A stretch of 64,000 nt of DNA from Gracilinanus agilis (Eukaryota). A model generated the notes under the pieces. It saw nothing but the letters and a program-made list of their open reading frames with translations, ran no database searches and had not been told where the DNA came from. The number at the start of each line of letters is the position of its first letter. Position 1 is the stretch's first letter. Position numbers and translations under genes: made by a program. The DNA lies in NCBI RefSeq assembly GCF_016433145.1, contig NC_058132.1:166026044-166090043 (forward strand), in the 5' to 3' direction. Positions 23,931 to 36,615 of the stretch are shown here, one piece after another.

Positions 23931-24697
23931 AACCCAAATATAGTTATATGGAAGCATGAATAGTGAGAAAGAGAATTATAATGGCTCCTTCAGTTGCCCA
24001 GAATTTAATCTATTCTTATATAATCCTTATCTACTTAATTTTCTTTTACCAAATGATTATTGGTCACTGATCCTCTACATGACCTTTTTCTTATTTTTGA
24101 CATGGAAATATTATCCCACCATAGGAAAGTACAGCCCCCAAGTAATGACTGATCCAACAGAATTCACGAATATGTTGTAAAAGCTAGAGGCAGAAAAATG
24201 CATATGAGTATTTAAAGAAAAAAACAGCTAAAAGTCATTCCCTTCCTTGTAGGATTTTATACAATTTATAGCTAAAAAAGCCTTCTAGTTGGATGTCTAT
24301 ATTTTATAGATGGGAAACTAAGGTCCACAGAACTTAATTGACTTACCCACGAGCTTTAAAGCAGCAAAGATGGGATTTTAACCCAGGTCTTGCTAATTCC
24401 AAATCAAAATATTCCATCCACTACAGCATATTTCATGTTGTCAGCAATTGTATTCCATTTTCCAACAGCCATATTTACATCTTTGCTATTCTAGAACAAA
24501 ACTGGAAAGAGATTCCATGACAATTACTATGAGGTTAGAAGAATCACTTGATATCCAGTGGCATAAAATGTAAAGGGTCTGAGAGAAAACAAGGATATCA
24601 ATCTACCATTTTGCATGAGATTCTGATGAGTAAGAGTAATTAGGAGTTTCTCTAAAGTAGTACTTCTTTCCTATCCCCACAGATGCTTTCCCAGAAA

Positions 24698-25630
24698 ATG
24701 GCCATGAGAAATAATTCTCCAGTGACTGAATTTATCCTTTCAGGGCTAACTGACTGGCCAGAGATCCAGCTGCCCCTCTTCTTCCTATTTCTTGGTGTTT
24801 ATGTGGTCACTGTGGTGGGGAACCTGGGCATGATCATACTGATTGGGCTCAGTTCTCACCTTCACACCCCCATGTACTATTTTCTCAGTAGCTTGTCCTT
24901 CATTGATCTCTGTCACTCCACTATAATCACACCCAAAATGCTGGTGAAATTTGTGTCAGAGTATAACATAATCTCCTATCCTGAGTGCATAACTCAGCTC
25001 TACTTCTTCCTTATTTTTGCTATAGCTGAGTGCCACATGTTGGCAGTGATGGCATATGATCGTTATGTTGCCATCTGTAACCCCCTGCTTTACAATGTCA
25101 CCATGTCCCATCAGGCCTGCTCATGGCTCATGGGTTGGGTGTACCTGCTGGGCTTAGTTGGTGCCACAGCTCACACCAGCTGCATTCTTAGAGTGCTCTT
25201 ATGTAAGAATCACATCAGTCATTACTTCTGTGATCTCCTTTCCCTCTTGAAGCTCTCTTGTTCCAGTACTTATGTCAATGAAGTGGTGATTTTGTGCTTT
25301 AGTGCATTTAATATCCTCATCCCCAGCATTACCATTATCTGCTCCTACATCTGCATCATTGCCAGCATCCTCCAAATTCGCTCCTCTGAAGGGAGGTCCA
25401 AGGCTTTCAGTACCTGCAGCTCTCATGTGTCAGCAGTTGCCCTCTTCTATGGCTCTGCCGCATTCATATATCTGCAGCCCTCTTCAGAAAACTCCACAGA
25501 CCAGGAAAAAGTGTCTTCTGTTTTTTATACCATCTTTGTGCCCATGTTGAACCCCCTGATCTATAGCCTGAGAAACAAGGATGTAAAAGTTGCCATCATG
25601 AAAATTCTGGAGAGGAGAAGGCTCATATAA
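24698..25630 (+). CDS. Olfactory receptor family 8-like, 310 aa (315 aa from the in-frame ATG at 24683), intact
   Basis: [12 protein letters not shown] start and all OR motifs ([55 protein letters not shown]). Acceptor ...ccccacag| ends at 24682. Confidence 0.95.
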   Translation: MAMRNNSPVTEFILSGLTDWPEIQLPLFFLFLGVYVVTVVGNLGMIILIGLSSHLHTPMYYFLSSLSFIDLCHSTIITPKMLVKFVSEYNIISYPECITQLYFFLIFAIAECHMLAVMAYDRYVAICNPLLYNVTMSHQACSWLMGWVYLLGLVGATAHTSCILRVLLCKNHISHYFCDLLSLLKLSCSSTYVNEVVILCFSAFNILIPSITIICSYICIIASILQIRSSEGRSKAFSTCSSHVSAVALFYGSAAFIYLQPSSENSTDQEKVSSVFYTIFVPMLNPLIYSLRNKDVKVAIMKILERRRLI

Positions 25631-26129
25631 TCAATGTCAATACTAGTTCCATGAAACCAGTCACAAATAATAGTGCTATTTGTTTTCACTTGAGATTTTT
25701 GGGATGGGATGTGAAAAGTTCATCATCTTTCCCTTATAGTTAGTGGGATTCCTCTATTTCTTCTATTTCTCCACCGCCGCTTCCTAAGCTTGCCTCCATT
25801 CCCATTCATTCTACAGATATGATGTAGAGAAATTCTAAGAGCAAAAGTCTACTAATAGCAATGATGGTATTTCACCTGCAATATATTATAGTAGGTCTGT
25901 GATTTAACTAATGAAATCCATTATTTTTGTTTCTTCTTAGTTGTATTTCATTAGAGGAATAGGCTTAACTAAATTATGATAAAGGATAGTGGGTTAAAAG
26001 CATTGTAGCTGAATGGAAAACACAGAACCACTTGGATTAAGAGGGATGGAAGGGGAAGGAAATAAGTATTTATATAGCAACTGCTATGTGCCAGAAACTG
26101 AAAAAAAATTGCAAATATTGTCTCATTTT

Positions 26130-26986
26130 CACAATTAATTGGAGAAATACAAATTAAAACAACTCTGAGGTACCATCTCATATCTGTCAGATTGGCTAAC
26201 ATGACAGAAAAGGAAAATAATAAATATAGGAAAGGATGTAGGAAAATGTAAACACTCATACACTGTTGGTAGAGCTGTGAACTGATGCAACCATTTTGGA
26301 GTACAATCTGGAATCATGTCTGAAGGGTCATAAAACTGCATACCTTTTGATCCACTACTAGGTCTGTAAATTAAAGAGATAAAATATGGGGGGAAAGGAC
26401 CTATTTGTCAAAAAATATGTACAGCAACTCTTTTGGTGGTGACAAAGAACTAGAGACAAATGATGTCCATCATTTGGGGAACGGCTGAACCAGTTGTAGT
26501 GTATGATTTTAATGGAATATTATGCCATAAAAAATGACGAACAAAGTAATAACAAAAAAACCCTGGAGAGATATAGATGATGTGAGGCAAAGTGAGGTGA
26601 GCAGAACCAGGAGAATGTTGTATACAATAACAATAACGTATAATGATTGTGGTGAATGACTTAATTATTATCAACAAGGCAATAATTCTGGACAACTCCA
26701 AGAGACTCATGACAGAAAAGCTCCTCAACCACCATAGAGGGAATTGATGGTCTGAATGTAGATTAAAGCATGTCATTCTTCATTTTATTTCCTTCACAAA
26801 TTTTTCTCTAGTGTAAATGATATGTGTCTTGTTTCATAGGATGATGAACATGGAAATATGTATTGTGTGATAATATATGTACTACCTATGTAATATTGCC
26901 TGAAAGAGGAGAGAATATGGATTATAAAATGTCAGAAATAATTATTAAAAATTGCATTGATGTGTAATCTGAAATACAAGTAAATA
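26130..26986 (+). mobile_element. 5'-truncated old L1 inserted into a minus-strand MIR/MAR SINE
   Basis: 17 bp TSD with one mismatch: aaatattgtctcatttt (26113-26129) / aaatattatctcatttt (26987-27003). MIR halves at ~26045-26129 and ~27004-27175. Confidence 0.8.
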
Positions 26987-27554
26987 AAATATTATCTCAT
27001 TTTATCCTCAAAACAACCCTTCAATGTAGTTGTTGTTATTATCTCATTTTTATAATTGAAGAAATTATAGAAATTAAGTGACTTGTCCAGGGTCACAAAG
27101 CAAGTAAATGTCTTGAAGCCATATTTTAAATCAGATATTCCTGATACCAGGCATGGCACTCTATCTACTGCACATCTTTGCTAAAATAAAAACATCTCTC
27201 TGGTTATAGATGAAGAGAACTTTCCAGTTTAGCCCCAAAGGGAACATAATGAACCATAAGCCTGACTATAAGGGGAAAAAATGCATAAAGGAATTCAATA
27301 TTCGCCTCTTCCTGATTTAAGTAAGCACAAGTAATTTATTTCATGTCTGATTTAAGGAAGGTCTAGTTCTTCTATAGGCCATAGAAAAATTAAATTCCAA
27401 AGCTAGATTGTAGACATTTTGTGAATTACAAATTCTAAGAAGGAATTTGGTGGGGGCAACTGTACTTTTGCAATATACTTGGTCCTGGCTTTCCTAGATT
27501 GGAATTTTGTAGGAAGAATTTAAAGGATGTGTTAGGAATGCTATTGAATTTCAC

Positions 27555-28170
27555 ATAAACCAAAACAACTTTAAGATATTACTCACACTTATCAGACTGG
27601 CTAAAATGGCAGAAGGACCAAATAACATATGTGGAAAAATGGGGACACTAATACAGTGTTAGTGGAGGGATGAACTGATTAAACCGTTTTGAAAAGCATA
27701 TTGGAATTACAACCAGATTGTTATAAAACTGTGTTATAATAAATAAAAGACCATTGCTGAATCTGTTTCTCAAGGAGATGATGGAAAGAGGAAAAGAACG
27801 TATATGTTCCAAAATATTTATACCAGCTTTTTTGTGGTGGCAAAGAATTAGAAATTGAGGGGATGCCCATCAATTATAGGATGGCTAACTAAATTGTGGC
27901 ATATGATTGTGATGGGATACTACTCTGCCATAAAACAACAATGAGCAGACAGATTTAAAAAATGCTCGGAAAGAACTACACAATATGATGAATAGTGAAA
28001 TTAGCAGAACCAGGAGAACCTTATGCTCAGTTCCAGAATTAATGGTGGAAGAATAAATCTTCAAAAAGTGAACAAAAAGGTGAAACATGAAAGACAATTT
28101 ATATGTATATGTTGATCTACCTGATGGTATCTTTTGTGATGTGGGAAAGGTGGGGAGGGAATGGAACACT
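27555..28170 (+). mobile_element. Old L1 3' fragment
   Basis: ORF2 C-terminal motifs (ggatgcccatcaatt, aaattgtggcatatgattgtgatgggatactac). Confidence 0.75.
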
Positions 28171-28854
28171 TATGGCCAAGCTTTATTATATAGAGATGAA
28201 AAAAAGTAAGTTAAATACATAGAAGTCATGATTTCATTTGTGTACTATCTTCCTTTATTTGGGGAAATTTTTTTTTGCCTTTTTTTGTAAAATTTGGGGA
28301 AAAAATTTAAAAAGGAAAGCCAAAAAACAAAAAGAATTTTGGCATAATAAGCATGCAACATTCATAGATAGTTTATAGAAAGCTGTTACTTTGAGATTAA
28401 TAGGTTCTCTTTTTGGCCTATCTAGGAGTTGTATCCATTCTGACTAAATAAGATAACCCATCTCTGTCTTAATGGTATGAACAGGGTCATTCTATATTCA
28501 ATTTATTTTAGTACATTAACATATATGTTTCTAGCTATGATCTTCTGAAGTATTATTTAATGTATATTTTAGTTGTATGTGTATTTGATAAATACTTTCA
28601 CTTTTCAATGAGAAGTCTGTGAGTTTGTAATTTATCAGATTATATTTCACAAAACATGCAATCACTATATTTATTAACTCATTTAATTTTCTGGTATCTA
28701 AACCATTGATCATTATAGTCTTTAAATAGCCAAACAATTCATGGAGGTTCAAGCCATTTATGTAATTTAAATAATATTTCAATAACTCCTAGACAAAAGA
28801 AATCTATAGGAACAAAAAATCACATAAAAGTTGCTTTCAAAAATATAAAAGCAG

Positions 28855-31800
28855 TTTCAGGTTAGGATGGTGGCAGAGTAGAAGCAGCTTGCTTAACCAC
28901 TCCTAACCCACACATACTGGACTCCTCAAGAAGGCATAAAAAACAAATCCAGACAAACGAAGGGAAGCCACAACAGAGTGCAGCATTGAAGGTACGTGGA
29001 ATCGGGGCATTTCCATGCTATAATGGGATGAAACAGCTCTCACTAAAACGTGAGCTGAGCAACCCCTTTCCATCACACCACCTACAGTGCCAAAGACAGT
29101 GCACAAGAGCTAGAGCAAGCTTGGGGCACCCATTATGTCCTTGGCAGCTACCTAGGGTCACCAGGGCCTGCTCCTTAGAGCACCACAACTTAAGACCCCA
29201 AGAGGCTAAAGAACTCGCACACTTTGAACACAGACCTGGAGCACAAGTGTGGACAGGGATCGTGAGCTCAGGCATGGACTCAAGTTCAGACTCGGATCCT
29301 GAGCACAGGCACAGATGAGGAGTTTCAGACAGAGGAACAAGCAAGGGGACCACCAGGAGGCTTGACCCTGAGAACAACTAGACCTGTGACCTTAGGAGCC
29401 TAAAGAGTGCATACAGACCCTGGGTGTGAGGATAAACCTGAAAGGGCACACAGCTCACAATAGCAAGCCATCCACAGGAACCCCAAAAGAGAAAGATCAG
29501 CAAGAAGAAATCTGTAACACTCGACAACTTTTATACAGAGAAAATCCAGACAACAGAGCAAACAGCAGAGGAGAATAAACAAATAATCATATCCAAACCT
29601 TCCCAAAATAATGAAAACTGGTCACAAGTTCTTGAAAAGTTGAAATCTGAGAAGATGAAAAAGATGGAAGAGATTTGGTGAGAGAAGTGGGAGATAGCTT
29701 AAAAGGAAATTAACAGGTTAGAAAACAGAAACTCCCAGTTGGAGAAAGATGCCCCAAAATCAAACGAAATGGTAAGCAAATTGGAAACCAAAATGGGCAA
29801 AAAAAAAAATAATAACAGTTTAAAAGGCAGAATTTTGCAATTAGAAAAAGTTAATCGAAGACCAGAAATGACCGGATTGAAAAGGAAAACCAGTCTCTAA
29901 AGGCTAGAATTGAGCAATTAGAAACTAATGACCTCTCCAGACAGCAAGAGCAAATAAAACAAAGTCAAAAAACTAATAAAATAGAAGGAAACATGAAATA
30001 TCTCAATGAGAAACTGACAGATCAAGAAAACAGGTTTAGAAGAGACAAATTGAGAATCAATGGTCTCACTGAAAAAGTAGAAATTAATAGACATTTGGAC
30101 TCCATACTAAAAGAAATTATTCAGCGGGGCAGCTGGGTAGCTCAGTGGAGTGAGAGTCAGGCCTAGAGACAGAAGGTCTTAGGTTCAAACGCGGCCTCAG
30201 CCACTTCCCAGCTGTGTGACCCTGGGCAAGTCACTTGAACCCCATTGCCCACCCTTACCACTCTTCTACCAGACAATACACCGAAGTACAAGGGTTTAAA
30301 AAAAAAGAACTATAAAAGAAATTATTCAGTAAAACTGCCCTGAAGTTCTACAACAAAAGGGCAATATAGGCATTGAAAGGATCCATAGATCACCCTCTAC
30401 ACTAGACCCTGAAAAGACAACACCCACGAATATAATAGACAAATTCAAGAGCTTCCAAGTAAAAGAAAAAAATTTTACAAGAAGCCAGAAAGAGACAATT
30501 CAGATATCAAGGAGCACCAATCAGGATCACACAGGATCTGGCAGCCTCCATGCTAAAAGACAGCAAGGCTTGGAATATGATATTCAGAAAGGCAAGAGAA
30601 ACTGGGTCTACAACCAAGGATCACCTACCCATAAAAACTGACTATATACTTCCAGGGGAAAGTTTGGGCATTTAACAAGATAGAAAATTTCCAAGTATTT
30701 GCACAGAAAAGACCAGGACTAAAAGGAAAGTTTGATATCCAATCACAAAAATTAAGAGAAACATGAAAAGGTAAATAAGAAACAGAGGGGAAAGAAAGAA
30801 AACTCTTATTTTTAAAATTTGCCTCTTTAAGGACTTCAATAAGATCTAATTATTTGTATTACTATGTGGAGAAATGTTATGTATAATTCTCTGTAGTGAA
30901 CTCTATTCACTATTACAGTATTCACTATTATAGTAATGAGAAGAATTATTCATAGGGAGAGGTTGGAGTACTAAATGATCTAAGATGATATGGGGGGGCG
31001 GGTAGGAAAGAGGAGAGTGAATAGTAGAGGACACCAAGAGAAATTTGAATGAATAAGAAAAATAGGATATTCTATTACACACAAAGAGGACATGGGAAGA
31101 GGAGGGGAAGAATACTTTTATAAGAAGGAGAGGAAAAGAGCATTAAGAGTTAATAATTAAACCTTATTCTCAGTGGAATTAACCCTGAGAGGGAAGAGTA
31201 GCTATATCCTTTTGGGATATAAAACTCTATCTAACCCTACTGAGCAAGTCAGAAGAGATAAACCAAGGGGAGCAGGGGACTGGGGAGGTCAAAAAAGGGA
31301 TGGGAGAAGAAGGGGGAGGGAATTTATTAGGCCTTAAAAATAAAAAGAGAGGAATAATAAGGGAGGGGACAGAAAGGGAAGTAAATCAAGGGAGAGGACA
31401 GGGGTTACTGGCTTAAAGCAAACCACTGGTTTAAAAGGAAATAGGGTAAGAAGAAGGAGTAGAACTAGGAGAGGATACCAAAATGTTGGCGAATAAACCA
31501 CTGATAATTATAACTCTGAATGTGAATGGGATGAACTCGGCCATAAAAAGGAATCAAATAGCAGAGTGCATGAGAAACCAAAATCCTACCATATGTTGTC
31601 TACAAGAAACACATATGAGGCAGATGGACATACACAGGTTTAAAGTAAAGGGCTTGAGCAAAATCTTTCGGGCTTCAAATGAGAAAAATAAGGCATGATT
31701 TCTGACAAAGCCAAAGTAAAAATAGATATGATTAAAAAAGACAGGGAAGGTCATTACATCCTGATAAAAGGCAATATAGACAATGAGGAAATAACAGTGC

Positions 31801-34800
31801 TCAATATGTATGCACCAAATGGCACAGCATCGAAATTCATAAAGGAGAAACTGGAAGAGCTCAAGAAGGAAATAGATAGCAAAACCATAATAGTGGGAGA
31901 TCTAAATATTCCTCTTTCAGATCTAGATAAATCAAACCAAAAAAATAAATAAGAAAGAGGTAAAAGAGGTGAATGAAGTCCTATAAAAATTAGATTTAAT
32001 AGATATGTGGAGAAAAACAAATAGGGAAAAAAGTAATATACCTTCTTTTCAGCTGCACATGGTACATTCACAAAGATTGACAATGTAATAGGGCATAGAA
32101 ACATTGCAAACAAATGCAAAAGAGGAGAAATAATAAATGTAACCGTCTCAGATCATAGTGCGATAAAAATAATAATTATTAAGGGCACCTGGACAAGCAA
32201 ATCAAAAACTAATTGGAAATTAAGTAATGTGATTCTCCAAAACCAGTTAGTCAAAGAAGAAATCATAGAAACAATCAACAATTTCATTGAAGAGAATGAC
32301 AATGATAAGACATCCTACCAAACTCTGTAGGATGCATCTAAGGCAGTACTCAGGGGGAAATTTATATCCTTGAGTGCATATATTAACAAATTAGGGAGTC
32401 CAGGGATTAAAGAATTGGGCATGCAACTCAAAAAAATAGAAAGCGAGCAAATTAAAAATTCTCAGATGAAAACTAAATTAGAAATACTAAAAATCAAGGG
32501 AGAAATTAATAAAATCGAAAGTAAAAGAACTATTGAATTAATAAATAGGACTAGAAGCTGGTATTTTGAAAAAACAGATAAAATAGACAAGGTACTGGTC
32601 AATCTAATAAAAAAAATTAAAGAAGAAAACCAAATTGATGGTATCAAAGATGAAAAGGGAGACCTCACCTCTAATGAAGGGGAAATTAAGGCAATCATTA
32701 AAAACTATTTCGCCCAACTATATGGCAATAAACATAACAACTTAGGAGATGTGGATGAATATTTACAAAAATATAAATTGCCTAGATTAACAGCAGAAGA
32801 AATAGAATACCTAAAAAATCCCATATTAGAAATAGAAATTGAACAAGCCATTAAAGAACTCCCTAAGAAAAAATCACCAGGACCTGATGGATTCACAAGT
32901 GAATTCTATCAGACATTCAAAGAGCAACTAATCCCAATACTATACAAATTATTTGATATGATAAGCAAAGAAGGAGTCCTACCAAATTCCTTTTATGACA
33001 CAAATATGGTACTGATTCCAAAGCCAGGTAGATCAAAAACAGAGAAAGAAAACTACAGACCAATCTCCCTAATGAATACAGATGCAAAAATCTTAAATAG
33101 AATACTAGCAAAGATACTCCAGCAAGTGATCAAGGGGATTATCCATCATGGTCAAGTGGGATTTATACTAGGAATGCAAAGATGGTTCAACATTAGGGAA
33201 ATCATCCACATAATTGACCATATCAACAATCTAAAAACAAAAATCACATGATTATCTCAACAGATGCTGAAAAAGCCTTTGACAAAATATAGCAGCAATT
33301 CCTATTAAAAACTCTGGAAAGTATAGGAATAGAAGGATCTTTCCTAAAAATAATAAACAATATATAGCTAAAACCATCTACAAGCATCATATGCAATGGG
33401 GATAAATTAGAAGCCTTCCCAATAAGATCAGGAGTGAAACAAGGATGCCCATTGTCACTTCCATTATTTAACATTGTACTAGAAACAATAGCAGTAAGTA
33501 GAAATTAGAGAAGAAAAAGAAATTGAAGGTATCAAAATAGGCAATGAGGAGACTAAGCTATCACTTTTTGCAGATGATATGATGGTCTACTTAAAAAATC
33601 CTAGAGAATCAACTAAGAAGCTTGTAGAAATAATCAACAACTTTAGCAAAGTTGCAGGATACAAAATAAATGCACATGAATCATCAGCATTTCTATATAT
33701 TTCCAAAAGATTAGAGCAGCAAGAGGTAGAAAGAGAAACACCATTTAAAATCACCCTAGAGAATATAAAATACTTAGGAATCTATCTACCAAAACAAACA
33801 CAGGAATTATATGAAAACAACTACAAAATACTTTCCAAACAATTAAAACTAGATCTAAACAATTAGAAAACATTGAGTAGTCATGGGTAGGATGAGCTAA
33901 CATAATAAAAATGACCATTCTACCCAAATTAATTTACCTATTTAGAATCATACCTATCAAACTACCAAAAAACTTTTTACTGAATTAGAAAAAACTAGAA
34001 CAAAGTTTATCTGGAATAACAAACGATCAAGAATATCAAGGGAAATAATGAAAAAAAATGTGAAGTAAGGTGGTCTAGCAGTACCAGATATACTATAAAG
34101 CAGAGGTCATCAAAACAGAAGGGAGGATCAGTGGAATAGACTTGGGGTAAGTGACATCAGCAAGACAGTGTATGATAAACCCAAAGAGCCCAACTTTTGG
34201 GACAAAAATCCACTATTTGACAAAAACTGCTGGGAAATTTGGAAAACAATATGAGAGAGATTAGGCTTAGATCAACATCTCACACCCTACACCAAGATGA
34301 ATTCAGAATGTGTGAATGACTTGAATATAAAGAGGGAAACTATAAATAAGTGAACACAGAATAGTATACTTGTCAGATCTCTGGGAAAGAAAAGATTTCA
34401 AAACCAAGCAAGAGTTAGAGAAAATTAAAAAATGTAAATTAAATGATTTTGATTATATCAAACTAAATAGCTTTTGTACAAACAAAAACAATGCAGCCAA
34501 AATCAGAAGGGAAACAACAAATTGGGAAAAAATCTTTACAACAAAAAACTCTGAGAGGGGTCTAATACTCAAATATACAAGGAGTTAAAGCAATTATATA
34601 AAAAATCAAGCCATTCCCCAATTGATAAATGGGCAAGAGACATGAATAGGCAATTTTCAGGTAAAGAAATCAAAAGTATCAATAAGCACATGAGAAAGTG
34701 TTCTAAATCTTTAATAATTAGAGAAATGCAAATCAAAACAACTCTGAGGTATCACCATACCCCTAGCAAATTGGCTAAAATGGCAGAAGGGGAGAGTTAT

Positions 34801-35596
34801 GAATGTTGGAGGGGATGTGGCAAAATTGGGACATTAATGCATCGCTGGTGGAGTTGTGAACTGATTCAACCATTCTGGATGGCAATTTGGAATCATGCTC
34901 AAAGGGCTATAAAAGACTGCCTGCCCTTTGATCCAGCCATACCATTGTTGGGTTTGTACCCCAAAGAGATCATAGATAAACAGACTTGTACAAAAATATT
35001 TATGGCCGTGCTTTTTGTAGTGGCAAAAACCTGGAAAATGAAGGTATGCCCTTCGATTGGGGAATGGCTGAACAAATTGTGGTATATGCTGGAGATGGAA
35101 TACTATTGTGCTCAAAGGAATAATAAACTGGAAGAATTCCATGTGAACTGGAAAGACCTCCAGGAATTGATGCAGAGTGAAAGGAGCAGAGCCAGAAGAA
35201 CATTGTACACAGAGATCAACACACTGTCATAAAATAGAATGTAACGGACATCTGTACTAGCAGCAATGCAATGACCCAGGACAATTCTGAGGGACTTATG
35301 GTAAAGAATGCTACCCACATTCAGAGGAACAACTGCAGGAGTGGAAACACAGAAGAAAAGCAACTGCTTGAACACATGGGTTGACATGGACATGATTAGG
35401 GATGTAGACTCAAAACTACCACACCAATGCAACTATCAACAATTTAGAAATAGGTCTTGATCAATGACACAAGTTAAAATCAGTGGAAATGCACACCGGA
35501 TGTGGGGGGGAGGGGAGGCTGGGGAGGTGAAGGGGAAAGTAAGAGCATGAATCATGTAACCATGTTAACTTTTCTAAAACATAAATATTAAAAAAA
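28855..35596 (+). mobile_element. Full-length L1 (5'UTR, ORF1, ~700 bp inter-ORF spacer, ORF2, 3'UTR), inactivated by frameshifts, stops and a SINE
   Basis: 5' end ggatggtggcagagtagaag. ORF1 from ~29460 to ~30775. ORF2 fragments 31483-31952 (endonuclease: LNVNG, CCLQETH, GDLN), 32370-33251 (PGPDGF, YRPISL), 33579-33866 (after FADD, KYLGI) and 34642-35232. A tract at 35590-35596. Confidence 0.97.
30125..30312 (+). mobile_element. Young SINE inserted in L1 ORF1, 17 bp TSD
   Basis: TSD taaaagaaattattcag at 30108-30124 and 30313-30329. A and B boxes with retained CpGs. Confidence 0.95.
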
Positions 35597-35845
35597 TTTT
35601 TTAAAATTTTGGCAATATTCCTGAGTTTTTTGGGTTTCTAGAAATGCTTTAAAATGTTATGGGTAAGGTCTTTTCATAATTAACTTTCTGTGAGAAAGTT
35701 ACACCCCTAAGAATGATGTAATGCTAAAGAACTCATGATTGGTTACTGATGCAGTAATAATGTTCCTTTAATTGTTTGAGAAAATTTTTTTCTATTTTTC
35801 TGGAATGGATTCTCAATAAAATATGAACTTGTGGCAGAAAAAAAA
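35597..35845 (+). mobile_element. Putative L1 3'-transduced segment with its own poly(A) signal and A tail
   Basis: Non-L1 sequence after the L1 A tract, AATAAA at 35815-35820, A run from 35838, then ataaaagcag (35845-35854), which matches 28845-28854 at the L1 5' end. Confidence 0.7.
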
Positions 35846-35994
35846 TAAAAGCAGCAATGAAGGAGTATCATGGGGTTTCAGAAGCTCTCATTTTCACTAA
35901 TGTCTCACCCTAAAATAAATGCGATGATCATAAAGAGCCATAATGAATTAATCAAAAATGAGTCTGTTATTTAAGATTACTCTCATTATTAATG

Positions 35995-36082
35995 AGACAG
36001 ACAGAGACAGAAGTAGAGACAGAAGGGAAGGAGTGAGGGGCAGGCAGAGGCAGTGAAAGACAGAGACAGAGACAGAGGCAGT

Positions 36083-36114
<32 letters not shown>

Positions 36115-36150
36115 TGAAGGGAGGGAGGAGATAGGAAAGGAGGAAAGGAG
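35995..36150. repeat. (AGAGAC)n / GA-rich low-complexity tract
   Basis: Imperfect gagaca repeats visible directly. Confidence 0.85.
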
Positions 36151-36319
36151 ATGGAACAGATTCTGATGTTTCTAGGACAAAGATTAAGATCCTTTCAGAA
36201 TTCTCAAGCCAACACCACAGTTGCTATTTTGCATAGAACAGAAAGTTTCTGGGATAGATTTAAAACTATTTTCTTTTCACAATGTTTCTCAATTCCTTTC
36301 CTCCAAAAAAAAAGTAGTA

Positions 36320-36615
36320 GGGAAAATATGGAAATATGGAAAGACTTGCATGAAATTATGAAGGGTAAAAAAAGCAGAACCAGGAGAACATTATATGCAG
36401 CAACAAAAATATTGTTTAAGGAATGACTTGTGTATGTCCACCTCCAGAGAAAGAACTGATGAATAGAATAGGTAAGACATAGTCTATAGACACAGACATA
36501 CACACATCCATCTTTTTTGTCAAATGCCACCTTCTCTAATGGGGAAGGGAAGAGGTAGATGAAAGTTAACTGGTTATTTTAATGTAACAAATAAATAAAT
36601 CTAAATTTAAAAAAT
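36320..36615 (+). mobile_element. Old L1 3' end
   Basis: ggaaagacttgcatgaaattatgaag...agcagaaccaggagaacattat...ccacctccagagaaagaactgat. Confidence 0.75.

Noticed and set aside
28986-29377. Overlapping 110-aa sense and 119-aa antisense ORFs in the L1 5'UTR (possible ORF0 analogue)
   Set aside because: Both use non-ATG starts, lie in relatively GC-rich sequence where open frames are common, and show no recognisable motifs or second copy to support conservation.
30125-30200. tRNA-like A and B boxes (also at 54356, 61605 and others)
   Set aside because: These are SINE heads followed by CORE and tail sequence with TSDs, not tRNA genes.
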